From Bugula neritina (Eukaryota > Animalia > Bryozoa): a stretch of 64,000 nt of DNA. This document shows positions 30,916 through 44,787 of the stretch, piece by piece (the stretch's first letter is position 1; each line of letters opens with the position of its first letter). The stretch spans positions 10,558,263 to 10,622,262 of the forward strand of contig OZ037770.1 in NCBI GenBank assembly GCA_964035545.1, given 5' to 3'. The notes beneath the pieces are model-generated. The model was not told the DNA's origin. It saw only the letters and a list, made by a program, of their open reading frames with translations, and searched no databases. Position numbers and translations under genes: made by a program.

Positions 30916-33833
30916 ATGAAGATTGCTGTCGGTCAAGTAGCAAAAGATGCCAGGAATGGAGAAAACGAATATGCAGCTATCTTTACTACTAGTGGTAGTA
31001 GTTTAATGAAACCAAATAACACTACTGAAGCTCCAAGTATATCTGTCATAGAAACTGGCAACAACAGACACAAGAATGAGGAACTTTTGTCAAAGTCAAT
31101 CAACTGGAAATTCATGTATTATAAAACTCTCTTCTGCAGTTAATTACTGTAGATTAATGTTGGTTGAATGATTTCATGTTATACCAAGGATATAACAAGT
31201 GAGGAGTGTATAAATCTCACACGGCAACAACATTAGACTATGAGCCAACTGCAGTTGTGCTCAGCTAAGCGTGATGAGTATTGTATGTTTTTGCCAACTT
31301 TGTGCTAAACTAATGTTACTTCGACTTTGAACTTTGTCTGGTTTTCTCCATTACTTTCAACAGTAATGTTGGATAAGTTGAGGCTATTGACGCTTTGATT
31401 CCAGCATTACAGTCTAAAATTAAATACTAGTAAAGCATTGGGTTATCAAAAATTTGTATAGTTAGACTACCAGTGGCATATCTTAATGTTGGCATAAATT
31501 TTTGTTGGAGCAGGTCATTTCTTGCTATCACTGCTTTTGCGATAAAACTTCTATTTTTAAACCAAAACTGCCTAATTAAATTTTTTGTTATATAGTGTTA
31601 AAACCTGGAGATATCATACTTTTAATACAAATTCAACTTTAGAGTTGTGCACCCATGTCATTTTAATTTGTATCGAGGCTTCTCTAGGCATTTCATCAAT
31701 ATTATAGTTTATCAGTTAGGCAATAGAAATGTTGCAATGTTATTGTGGTGGAGAAAGAACAAAATAAACACTGCAACCAACTGGAGTTTTTGAAAATACT
31801 GCTTTGTGTTGCTCGGTTCGTTTTCTGATGGTTTAATTCACTCATAGATTATATACACAGTAGATTATTTAGCTTATAATAAACCACTAGTGTCTTATTT
31901 ATAGAGAACACTAACATTGATTCTCATTGGCAGATTGCGTTAGATTAATAAATATAATGAAATGTTAGTTTATACATCTTATCTTGTTGTATAACCTTGC
32001 TAATTTAATGTCTTGTTTCAGGAATAATTTCGCAGTGGCTCAGATTGTATGTGGGGTTCTGCTGATCATTATGAATATTCCACCCCTTTACTGGACAATG
32101 ATGAATGAGAATAAATCAGTTTATTTATCCATCTTACCTGCCTCTGAAAGCAGATACAGAGTTGGTTTAGCCTGTGGTCTACTAGTAAGTGCTTTATTAC
32201 ATATATATTAGTATTATGTATACGTGCATATGTTAAGTTGCCTTTATACCTTCACAATTTTCGGTCAGAATTTCAATTTGGCCGGGTTGAAATTTCACCG
32301 AGTTGCATTGCATTGTAAAAGCCACCCGTAAAAATTTTTGTACTGCGATAACTTAATCGGCCAATTTTAGAATAGGAGTAATAGCTTCTTGTAAACACCG
32401 TTATTCAGTTATTACTTTAAGGCGATTAGACAACGTACTTATACGGTCATAATTATATAGCCTACGCCTTCTCAATTATCGCTTTTATGCTGCCCGCTTC
32501 ACTAATTCACGACGTTTACAAAGGGCATCAAATAGCTATTATGCGAGTCAAATTTTAATTTCAGAAAGTGAGCAACCGCATCAATATGATTTCAACAAGT
32601 TTCAGTTTGACTATAAAGGGGTACCCGGACAAGCATTATTTACTTAAACTCGGTACTTTTTTTAGCAGAGGTATAAACGCAACTTTATAAGTGTTAGTCA
32701 AGTTCTAAGTGATCAGCACCTTAAGTTAAATCTCCATATCATGTTGTTAAGCTCTACAATTTCTAAAAGAGGAGCAGCAGTCATCTGGGGTTAGAGCGTT
32801 TACTTAATAAACATGAAGTTATGGGTTTGAACTGGTTAAAGGCTATTGGTGATGTTAGGAAGAGTATTCAGTCATAATTGCTTCTGTGCCTCATTTAGCT
32901 AAGTCCTTAGCCTAATTTAACAAGCTATAAACTTGTGTGGGTTTTTTCGACAGTTTACAACATTCGATCTTATACACGAATCGCAGCAATTTATAACTAT
33001 ATTATATGCATATAGACAACAATAAGTGATGCTACAACAGTGAGCTTCTGCTTTGCTCAACTATATATATGGTCATTTTTCTGACAATACTGTTTTCAAA
33101 CAAGGCTGTAGTAAAACATAACTTTTTCAACATAATAATGCTATAAATAATCAAAAGAAAAAGGAACTTTCTAGAAAATATGCTCATGATTAATGTCTTA
33201 TAAAACAGTAAAGCGTCAAATGCAGTTGAAACTTGTAACTTAATATAACAACAGTATAAACAATTTAAATATGATGTATTTAGATGAAATTGTTATCAAA
33301 AGTTATTTTACGGAGGTAATATAATATATAATACATTTCTATTTCAGATGGTTATTTCTGGCAGCATTGAAATGTTGGCAATAAGGAAAAAACTAGCATT
33401 CTGGGTAATATAATTACTTGAATAATATATTTTTTCTCATCTAGCTGCCGATATTTACAATATAGCATGTAGTTAAACACATTGCCTATTTTATAGAAAA
33501 AACAATCTTTAAACGTTTTTGCCTACAGTACATACATGTTAAAGCATTCTGTTATAGTATATACTATTTCTATACTGTAAATTTAAATCAATTTGGTTTC
33601 TATAACAATTTTTGCATAATTTTTTCTTTCAAAGTTCTTGTAATTGGAACATAATGAGATGATTGTACAATTTTTTATACTTTTTAAACTTATAATGTCG
33701 GCATTTATATACCAAGTAATGAAATAATCTTAATCTTAGGTCATAATTTCTATTCTGCTGCAATATTTGGCTATTGGCATTATGTGCTTCACTTTGCCAT
33801 TTGCGCTCTTCCAAATATTCGATTTGATGGAAT
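30916..33833 (+). CDS. MS4A/CD20-like tetraspan membrane protein, copy 1 (exons 1-4; 3' end unresolved, possibly pseudogenising)
   Basis: Exons 30916-31094, 32022-32184, 33348-33404 and 33740-33833 join in frame. AVAQIVCGVLLII (TM1), GLACGLLMVISGSIEMLAIRKK (TM2) and VIISILLQYLAIGIMCFTLPF (TM3) fit the CD20-family pattern. The exon 1 donor is weak (GTCAAT). Candidate exons 34296-34395 and 35151-35300 are one phase off. Confidence 0.65.
32228..32673 (+). mobile_element. Non-autonomous DNA transposon/MITE family B
   Basis: Termini tacct...aggta and subterminal inverted accgagtt/aactcggt. A second copy lies at 37142. Confidence 0.65.
32712..32933 (+). mobile_element. SINE family 1 copy
   Basis: ggggttagagcgtttacttaataaacatgaagttatgggtttgaac...tgatgttaggaagagtattcagtcataattgc. 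Confidence 0.8.
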
Positions 33834-34467
33834 GTAAGACACATGGCAATAGAATTGAACTGTAAGTAATTATTATTTGAAAAACTCAAATCTACTCTAT
33901 TATGATAATATGTTATATTTATAATTATTACTTTCATTATTATACCTTACACTTTGTTTCATGTTAACTGTAAAATAATTGCCCACACCAAAATTTGAAC
34001 CAATTACGCTACAGCTGGGTCTTAGGGATTCTAATAACAACATTAAAATGTATACAGCTATATGCAATTAGTTACATGAATATAATATAGCTGCATAGTA
34101 CATATATTTACTATTAATTCACAAATGATTTATGTTTCGATTTCATTATATTATCAGCTTAAATATTATTCGATCAAAATTTTTCAGTTTAATAAATTGA
34201 AGTTATATGCCTACATGCCGAATATTGAGGTTGGACAAAAGTCTTTCAAAAATTTTTAGTTTTTTAAAAGTAATTTTTATTTTTCAACTGCGCAGGAAGT
34301 CTATGAATTTATCTACCTGGAAGCCGACAGTGAATTTATTTGGTGAAGAACTCAACTTTGCAGATTATTCCCATCAGCAATTTTACTGTTCCAGTGTAAG
34401 TTTATATAGTCGAACTATAGCTTTACTTTTTACAGTTGTTATCTCATTGTTCCATACAAAAACTGAC

Positions 34468-34672
34468 GCAAGTTTATAGTCACCATCCATGTGAGAAAAC
34501 TCCTGATAGAAAGGGGTTTTTATTAAATCATACTAAGGAATTATTGTGATGAGGCACAGGAGCAATTATGACTGAATGCTTTTCATATCATCTCCAATAG
34601 CCTTTGTCCTGGCTCCAACCTCTAATGACTGTACTTACTAGGCAAACACTCTAACCCCAAAAACACGGCTGT
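34468..34672 (-). mobile_element. SINE family 1 copy
   Basis: agtttatagtcaccatcc..ggcacaggagcaattatgactgaatgct..ctctaacccc. Confidence 0.8.
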
Positions 34673-37141
34673 GTTCCCATAGTTTAATGATATTAGTTAC
34701 AAAAGTGAATCTTAGAAATTAGTCTTTTTTTTTCTATTTATAAAAAGCAATAATATAAAACAAGCGTTTTGGAACACTACTGTAAATGATGTTTAATATT
34801 TATAAACTATTTCTTAACTATATATACCTAAAAACCAATCTAATTGAAGCATAGAAAAAAAACTAGGTTTTGCCTTTATGTATAGTAGGTGTAATTCTGC
34901 CAGGGCATAATTTCACAGTATCTCGTCCTCAGACATAACACTTATGTACCAATACGAGATACATTACATCATAAATAAATGTTGTCTATCGGCAAAAATT
35001 TTGCAGTAGCCAATCATAGTACTATAACAGGGCAGTCTGAGTGTAGTATCTCGTTTATCGGCATAATTATAATAGCCCGTAGTTGAAGATGGAGTTGGAA
35101 GCTTTTCAAATACCTCCCACATATAATAGCATTTATGCTGGTCCCTACAGCTAAATAAACATTATGGTAGACCAATAATCATGAAAGCTCTACTCATTTG
35201 CAACTGGAGGATTTGTAGCACCACAATACTAAATTTCTTGCATTGGAGGTGCTTAGGCTGTGTTGTCATAGTGATATGTACTTATTGGGGCTTGGTATAA
35301 AATTAAACCTGACAATTATAAGGATTAAAGTATTATTGCTGTGGTTTCAACTGACCAACTTTGGAGTTATTATCTCGATTCTTCGTCAGGAATGGTTAGA
35401 TAATTTCATGCAATAATGAGTTTTAGCTTTATATCATTATAAATAATGCGTTTTGGCTTTATATCATTATAAATATCTACATTGATGGCAGCACTGAGCT
35501 AGAATTCTAATATCTTTTCAAGCTCATTGGGTGGCAGATTATTGGCTAAATTTTATGCAGATATTGAATAAATAATGTGGTTTGATAGTTGTGCTATATT
35601 GTTAGGTTCACAAGCATCTTTAAAAAGTTATAATTATTGCGTTGACCATAGGTCAAAAAATTACCTAAAGAGAGGGCAGACAACTCCAAAAGATTGTTTT
35701 CGCAGAAGCAAGTAAAATTCAGCTAAACTGAATACTCCAACTGATCAACATTTTCATCTATTAAAATTGAAGAAAAGTTAAATATTATTATACTCTTCTA
35801 ATCATGAATAGGCACAAGCTAAAAAGATATTTATTTCAAAAAATATAAAAAGTAAAGTAACACAACAATGTTTGCAAACGCAGACCTAAAAATGTGAATA
35901 TTCTAGCTTGAAATTAAGTCTGAAATTCAGACTTTTCGAGGTTGAATTGACTCACCATAAAAAACCATTAAAAAAATTATAAAGACAAGCATGTATAATG
36001 AAATATGTAATTCATTAGCAAAACTGGAGGAAAGCACTTTTTTTTCTAGAAATTGTTCGATTACATAATACATTTTGGGCAAATGATGTTTTTTAATAAA
36101 ATGAAACTGTTGTATTGTTTGGCTAGATGAAGTTTCAAAAGTATTTTTAATATTTTCTCAAATAAAGTAGACATGCACTCCATTTTCACAGTTTTTGGCA
36201 AAACATGATTGGGATTCAGTAGTCAATCAGTTAAGTTTGACACAAGGAGTTGTCACATCCATTCCAAAGAACAAGACCATCTACAATAACAAACATGGAA
36301 AGTACCTAAAATTACATTTAAGTTTACAACAGTCCTTAAAATAAATGTTGCCTTCTACCAATGTTAAATAAGAACATGATGTAATGCTATGTTTACTTAG
36401 ACTAAATCTTGCTGACTTACAATGAAATTCATTCATTTCAATTTGAAAATTCCTGTCAATAACTTGACTCTATGCTAACAACTGATTGTAATACCAAAAT
36501 CACACTGCTACTTTTAGTTTAGGGAATTCGTTTCACTATTAGTTCAATATTCAGCAGAGGTTTTTCTTTAATGAACAAACAATAGGCATACATGCAGATG
36601 AAAGATTAGGTCTAGTGAATACTAACTTTGTGTCTAACAAAAGAAAATGAAAGACTGCATGAAAAATTAACAACTCTAAAAACTTGCAATTTGAATGAGG
36701 CTCAGGCTTTTAGGTGAGCAAGAGTAACCAGAAGAGCTACTTTAATGGAAGAAATTACTGACTGATTGTGTAGTTGCAGGCTGCATGATGTGTTTTGATT
36801 GTCACAACCACTTTTGAAAAGGGATAATCCATTAAATTAAGACTACTGGCAAACAACAGAACGATAAGGAAAAAATACCAAGTAGAAATTCACTTCTCAA
36901 AGCAAACTGTAGTTAATACATTATAGATGCTTAGAAGAAGCAGGCAATAGTGAATGCTATATAGTGTAGATCAGGATTCTATACAATGACAAGTAAACTG
37001 AAATTCCAGTGCACTTTGAAACTACTTGTAAGAATGGGCTTAGTGCTTTATAGTGCCTTGAAATTTTTTCAAGTCTAATTGGCACCATGCTATTAGAATT
37101 CGCAGAGAGATGACCCTTTGAACTTTCACTTTAAACTTTAA

Positions 37142-37535
37142 TACCTTCACGATTTTCAGTAAGAAATTCAATTTATCTAGGTCTAAAATTTCACCGAGTT
37201 GCATTGTAAAAGCCGCTGGTCAAAATGTTTAGTTTGTGATAACTTAATCAGCTGATTTCAGAATAACAATCATTGGGAATGACATCTTCATGTAGATATA
37301 GATATTTATGCTTATAATTATATCGACTGCCTTCATCAATCATGCTGCCAAATCAACTAATTAATTACAGTTGGAAACTTCAATGGGCATTGAATAGCAA
37401 TTTGGCAAGTTATACTTTTAATATTACAAAAAGAACTTATGCATCAATATGATTTAAAACATAGGTGGGTACTCGGCAAGTGATATTAACTGAAACTGGA
37501 ACTTTTTTCATGCAGGAAAAGCATCAACGCAACTC
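37142..37535 (+). mobile_element. MITE family B, second copy
   Basis: taccttcacgattttcag..aaatttcaccgagttgcattgtaaaagcc..gataacttaatc..gcatcaatatgattt is colinear with 32228-32673. Confidence 0.7.
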
Positions 37536-38799
37536 AACAGAAACTTAAAAATGTCCGGCACACTTTATGCTTTGGCAACATGCACACAATAACTTCGTTT
37601 ATGGTACAAACCTTTTTGTTGATTGTTTTCCAACATGACGCATAATGACGCCAGCCACCGTGGCATCATCTTCTCTGGAAAAGTATTGACAAATCATCAC
37701 CCAAAAACTTCAGCAAAGCCTCCATCAATAGTATGTAATACTTTAGCTGAAACTAAAAAGAAAGAGACAATATTTTCGTGTAATTTAACCCATCAATAAA
37801 CGCATCAATAGTTAGTGTGGCCAAGGTTTAAACCTCATTAATTTCATGCTATTTAAGGCTTTTACAACTTAAAAGATGTAATTCATCTGCAAGAGAAATG
37901 TTACGTATATGAAATGAGTAGAAGTGCAAAAGCAAGCAGGTATTAAGGAAGGACGAGTTAGTAGGTGTACTTTGACTTGCGATAGATCAATGTGATACCA
38001 GATGTGAATTTTGAGGTGTGTTTACTCCAATCTCACTGAAAAGGTATAAATAGCTAAATTTACGAGACACACAATATTTTATGAAATACTGCACATTCAT
38101 TAAAACTTTATAAAACTCTAGTGTGAAGGGTGACTCACACTTTTAAACCGTAGATGAGCTAAGTTGTAAAAGTTTGATAAGAACCTTTTACTCTATAAAT
38201 TTATGCAACATAAAATACTCTCCACATATTCAACAGCTACGAAGTTTTGTTGAAGATAAACTTCCTAAACAAATATACAGAAAAAAGCTATTTGAAAGCC
38301 AAATTTCATTAGCATATTATAAGATTATTTGTGTTTCATCTTTATAAACAGTGATTTAGTCATTTAACTGATAACTAATGATTTCACTTTGTTTTTCATT
38401 CAATAAAAACTAAGTGTAGTTGGTGTTAAAAACAGCTTTCATTTCTCACTTTTTTTCTCACCCTAGTCTGCGTAGGCAAACAATTGGATTGTTTCAAACA
38501 CCACATAGGTAAAGCGTGACAGCATAGCCAGTGGAGAAAACAATCATCTATACTGCTGGATCAGTGGCAACTTGTGAGTGTGTCAGAGTACTGTCTTGTT
38601 GTGTGACTCTACAAATAAATTATGAATTTGAATATACTACAAAGTTGCAAACATTGTTTTAACAAAACACAGCATTTATTCGATATTATATGTAAAGCTC
38701 AAGTTGGTATAATATATATTAAATACATTTTAGCTTTCCTTTTGGATACTCTGAAACAAAATAAAAAAATAAACCAAAATTGGGTAAAGCCATGCAAAC

Positions 38800-39090
38800 T
38801 AGAGAGAGAAAGAGAGTGGGAGAGGGGGGGTGGGAGAGAAAGGTTAGGAGAGAGGATGGAAGAGAGATGGGGTAGAAGAGAGAAAGGGAGAGAGTCAGAG
38901 AGATAGTGGAAAAGGGAGGAGAGTAAGGTTAGGAGAGAGAGAAGGTGGGAAAGACAGAGAGTGGGAGAGAGAGGGAGAAGGTGGGAGAGACAGAGGGTGG
39001 GAGAGAGGGAGGGTGGGAGAGAGGGAGAGAAAGAGAGAGAGGTTGAGTGGAAGGTGTGGGAGAAAGAGACAGAGAGAGGAGTGAGAGAGC
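38800..39090 (+). repeat. Polypurine (GA/GGGA-rich) low-complexity tract
   Basis: About 290 bp of almost pure G/A with many GGG runs. Confidence 0.95.
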
Positions 39091-42000
39091 TTCCAAACTA
39101 ACACCATTGACTTAAAAAATGTTGATAAAAACTGCAGCAAGTCTTTAAAAACAATGCTAGCAAGTTCAAAGCTCACTATAACTTTCAAAATCAATAAAAT
39201 GTCAAGTTCAAAAAACTCATCTGCGAGCAAAAAATAGTTACAGAGACAACCAGGTATTGGGCAAGAGCCAGCTAATAGGAGTACCTTTTTAGATAAGCTG
39301 CATGCAGGCACAGTGAGATAGCATCGGTGAGTTGTGTCTTCGTTTTAATTTCCTAAAAATGAACATAAACAAATGCTAGTAATGAAAGTTTTTAGGGTTA
39401 TTAAGGGTGCAATTTTATCACTTAACATCATAGCCATAGCAAAAATTGCTCAGTACAAATTTAAGAAAAATTTCTTTCATCCATTACATAATATCCAAAA
39501 TCAATTCCATTTATTCAATTCATCAAGCTGAAAAACCAAGAATAATCAGAAAGACAGTAAAATCACTTTCTCGTAAAAAACAGCTTTAGATCAAAATTGT
39601 TGGGTTCAGCTCTTAAGCTAAGACACCGATGCATTGAAATACAAAAAAGATCAGCATACTTTTGACTGTCACAAAATTTATTTTACGTGCCTCAGACATT
39701 TTAAGGTCACCCGCCAACCGCGCAGGACCACGGCGGTAAAAGGTGACCAGACATTTTAAGGTCAATCAAAATCAAGCAAAATTCATCGCCATTTCGCTTA
39801 CTGCTTTATGCTGCAGCTTATTTTTGCTTACCAAGTTTCTTTCTGCAGAAGAATTGTAGCTAGCTTCTCGATTTGCCATCTTTATTCCAGTCCCGGTTCA
39901 AATGACACCTTGATGGTACTAAATATCCATGCAAGCTAAAAAATATTTATCAATCAGTACAACAACAGAAACACTTAAATGATCCAAATATTACTATCAC
40001 ATTACGATAACATTACACAGTAACACTATGATTAACATTGTAATATTGAAGCATGACTTTGTGGTAGTTTGATATGCTATAGCAAAAGGCAGAAAAACCA
40101 AGTGAAAAACCAACAGAAATAATCAAGTACAATTAACTAAAGTAAATAAACTCACTGAATAGTAAATATTTTACTATACTTAGTGAATTGATTTACTTCC
40201 ATTAGGTTTACTTTCATGATTAAATGCTTCTGTCTATTTTCCAGTTTATAGGAATATATTAAAAGTGAAACTAACTATAATTACTATTACCTTATCTAGT
40301 TTTGACTATATATTTTTCACAAATATAAACATAGTTATATGCATATCCCTATTGTGACTGCAGATACCATTGCGGTAACTGAAATCAAACTTCATTCTAC
40401 TTCAAGTTTCTAGCATTGTCCTAGTTCAAAGACTAACAAGTGAATAATTAATAACTGTGAAAGCTGCAAAAAGTTACTTTATTATTAAATAAGATACAAC
40501 TGATTCTACCGTATATGATACTATGGTATCTGTATTAAATTAAAACATAATTATGAAAATCAAAAGTTGCACTTTGGGCACTTATATTATAGTAATTAAA
40601 TTGACAGCTTAAAATAGGCACATTAAACTATGATTGCAATTTTTATCCATTTATCTTTATAATTGAAGAATTATGATTTATTCTTACACACTTTATCATT
40701 ATGTTTAATCATCCTGACTTTCAGTCTGTCATAGTGATTACTACTATATGAAAATGACTTTGACTTAGGAGTCATAATTATAGTCACAGTGTTGATAAGT
40801 CAACAGTGTAGGATTAACACAGCACCAGACGAGTACTACCTCCAGCTTTCAAGTTTATGTTAGGGTATCTCTAAGACTAAAGAGTAACCCTAATAATGTA
40901 AGCAAAAAGCAGTGAGTAATAAGCATGCTATTCAACTTCAAGTTTCACTATTACTATAACTAATACCACATGTATTTTAATAAAATTATGTAGCTGGTGA
41001 GTGAACTATAAAATTAAGTGGGGATCAAACTTTGAGCAATAATAATAGAAATAATATTAGGACAGAGGTTTCCAATTATTAGTATGTGAAACTAAAGAAG
41101 AATGAATAACTACTATTAGTATTATTACGTTTACTTTATATTTAGTTTTACCAGTTCGTATTATGATTATCTTACTTTGAATTGTAAAGTATAATAATTA
41201 TAATATTTATAGTATTATATTTATATTATTAATTAATATTTGTATTAGTAAAAACATTTGCTTTAAGTTGCTTGTTTATTAAATTATTCTAAATCCTAAT
41301 AACGATAATCTTAATATTAGTGATAATCATTATGCTCCTCACTATCCCCAAGTGCTATCAGTATGACCATCGCAATGTGAACCTAGACGTGAATGTAAAA
41401 AGGCACTGCAAAATAGAACATGGGATGGAACATGGGATGGAGGCAGATATCCATATCATGATACAAATATCGATATTGAAGTTGATAATCATAATTATTA
41501 TACAAATATAATGATAATAACTACAATGATCAAAAATAAATAATAACAAAGAGTTTTCGAATTACTATTCATAAAATCAAAGATCACATTTATAAAGATA
41601 TAATCATATCTATTATTAAATTTAAGTCAACTATACTAATAGCAATAGTAATAGAAATAGAAAAAAAAAAATCAATTTTAAGACAAAGAGTAAGAAAAAT
41701 ACTAAATCGATATTTAAAATTACTTATTTTTAATTTTAGTCACTTACAGTCAGTCTTAGTTTAATTTTTACCACTGAGTGTTTAATTTCAAGTTCATTTT
41801 GACAATAAACTTGAAGACTTTAACTAAGAATATGTATAACTCAAAATTCCAAACTGGTACAAGTAAAAGTTGCTACTGAAGCTTTGTAATATTATTTTAA
41901 ATTATTGGTATGATAGCATTATATTTTGATTCATAGCAATACTGATAGTGACAATTTCAAACATACCCATACCATTACTGTTACAGTTTAAGTTACTATT

Positions 42001-43559
42001 GCCATTGTGATTGCCGGTAATGAGTAAATATAACTTAAATTTATATGACTATTACTATTACTATTAGTATTACTATCACTTTCAGTACCGGTCTAGTATC
42101 AGTATCACCTTAATTCAAAATCAATGTATAATTTATCAAATTACTTTTATATTATCATTTATCAATAATATGTCTATCACTATGATATTATCATGATATT
42201 GATTTTTAATTTAAACATAATAAAATCATAGGTATAATCATAATGATAATCATAATGCTTAATTTTACTTTTAGTTCAGGTTCAATGATTTAAGAGTAAG
42301 TGAAAGTTACTATAACTATTGCCATTGTGATTGCTAGAAATAAGTAAATATAATTTAAATTTATATGACTATTACTATTACCAACACTCAGACTTACTCG
42401 GACTCACTCTGTCTCTAACTCTAAGTCTGAGTCTCACTCCACCAGAGTGAGAGTGACACTGAATTACTATAACTATTACTATAACTATTAGTATTAGTAT
42501 TAGTATTAGCAAAATATATCAACCTTATGATTATCTTATTAGTTATTACAATATGTTCGGCATTGATGTTGAACTAAAAATATTAATAGTTATTACAATC
42601 ACAATGACAATGCCAATATGATCAAAGACAAATGATTCCAAGCAGTTTCAGTTTGAGTTGAAGGTAAGTTATAAGTTGAAGTAGTACGTAAGTGGTAGTT
42701 GATACTGATACTATCAGTGATAGGTCTATACTCCATACCAATGAACTCAATAATATTACCTATATATTACCATAAATTATATTACTATTAGTATTACCTA
42801 TAATTAAAATATATTCTTTCTTTTCCAGCTCAGTGCTTCATACCCTCTACTTAGTCTAATGCCGCGCACATGACGAGAATGTGAGGTGAAGGTCACTCAC
42901 AGCTAAAATCGCCAAGGATCTGTAATCCATCACTAGTAGTAGTAGTTCTAGTAGTCGTACTACCAGTAATCTGGCTTCGCTATGACACTACGAATTGAAT
43001 GTTGACAAGACGCATGCATGTTTGCTGTTGGTAAACTAATTTTTACTGAATTTTAATCATGCTAAGCTGCAACCTATTTTCTAATGAAATAATATATTCA
43101 ATAATAATATAAATATAATAAATATAATAATTATCATTATAATATTTTATCATTTAATTTTATAACTTTTACTTTTAGTTTTAGTATTTTGGTTTTACAT
43201 CAAAATTTACATCATTATGATTATCATTATGAGTACAAAATGAAAATAATTATCATTAATCATTACCTTTTAATTTATGATTATAATTAATGTTAGAATT
43301 ACCACAATTACAATCATAATGATAATCATAATGGCATAATGCCAATGATAATCACAATCGTAACACTAATAATAATAGTTTTAGTCAAACTCAAGGATTG
43401 AGCAAATGATTCAGATTGTCTAAATTTAATTAAATAAATTTCAGCCTTGGGTTTAACTTTACAGTTCACAATTTTATTTTACATTGATTACGACTGAGAG
43501 TCACAGTAAGACTAAGAAAAAGAGTAAGTCATACCTTTCTTGCAGTTATTTTCAAAGTT

Positions 43560-43626
43560 TGTAGTTGTACTGGTACAGTAGTAGACCTAGTAGTAGTACT
43601 AGTAGTAGTAGTAGTAACAGTACTAT

Positions 43627-43667
<41 letters not shown>

Positions 43668-43730
43668 CTAGTACTAGTAGCAGTACTAGTATTAGTTGTA
43701 GTACTAGTATCAGTGGTAGTAGTAATAGGA
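43560..43730. repeat. (AGT)n degenerate microsatellite
   Basis: Directly visible. Confidence 0.95.
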
Positions 43731-44787
43731 CTGCGATCTTAGATGTAAGTCTAATGAAATACGAATAATAATAGTATAAGTATAACTTTTACATATTTAG
43801 TTTTACTATAAGTGTAAATATAATGAGTAATAGTAAAACTCAAAGTATATACATTAACTCAGTTTAGCATTAATGATAAAATATAATAATTATAATAAAG
43901 TAATATGATCACCATTACGATTATAATTAAAATTCTTAGTAACACTTTTATGATACTCAGTTTAATTTATTAATATTAAACATTAGTTTGGCTACCACAA
44001 ATAACTAATAAGTGCTACTATAGGTAACTGTAAAGATAAGTATAAATTTAACTATAACATAGACTATCAGCAATAATAATATATCATATTGATATTAAAC
44101 TATATATGGATAATGCAAATCATAGATCATACCTCATGATAATTATTCCTAATGATCTTACTTTTTATATGCTGATGCTAATAAGTAGTAATTTTAAATT
44201 TGATAACTCATGAATGATGAATAAGATAACAAGAATAATACTGGACCTAGTAATACTATTAGTCCTACTACTAGAATTTTATTATCTTATATTTGTAATA
44301 CGCTTCTTTTAGTAATACTGCTGGTCAAAGTTAGTGTTAATCATATTTATAGTTAAATGCTGAAGGAATAAATTAGTTCATAACATAAACATTTCACTAT
44401 GTGAATATGAAATTTAATATGAATATCCCAATTACACTTGCTGTTGCTCTTTAGAGACTAGAGTTATAACTTATAACTATGATATAATAATGAATACCAT
44501 TATTTTAACTAATCATATTACTCAGCTAATGTTAATGATAACTGTAAGTCTAAAAACCATTACGGTTATAGGTATCACTGACTAATATTATTAATAATAT
44601 AATCATTCGTTTTATACTTGTACCTATATTTATATTTATACTTATACCTATTTTTATACCTATGCTCATATTTATAATTTCATGTATGCTTGTACATTTT
44701 ACTCATAGTATCAGGGTGGCAATCGAAAAGTCATAATCGATATGCTAATCTAATAATAGAACCAACTGCACTATTATTATTATTATT

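Noticed and set aside
38622-39311. ORFs 38622-38906 and 38895-39311
   Set aside because: They are open only because they cross the low-complexity GA tract.
43565-43768. Poly-Ser ORF
   Set aside because: This is the translation of the (AGT)n microsatellite.
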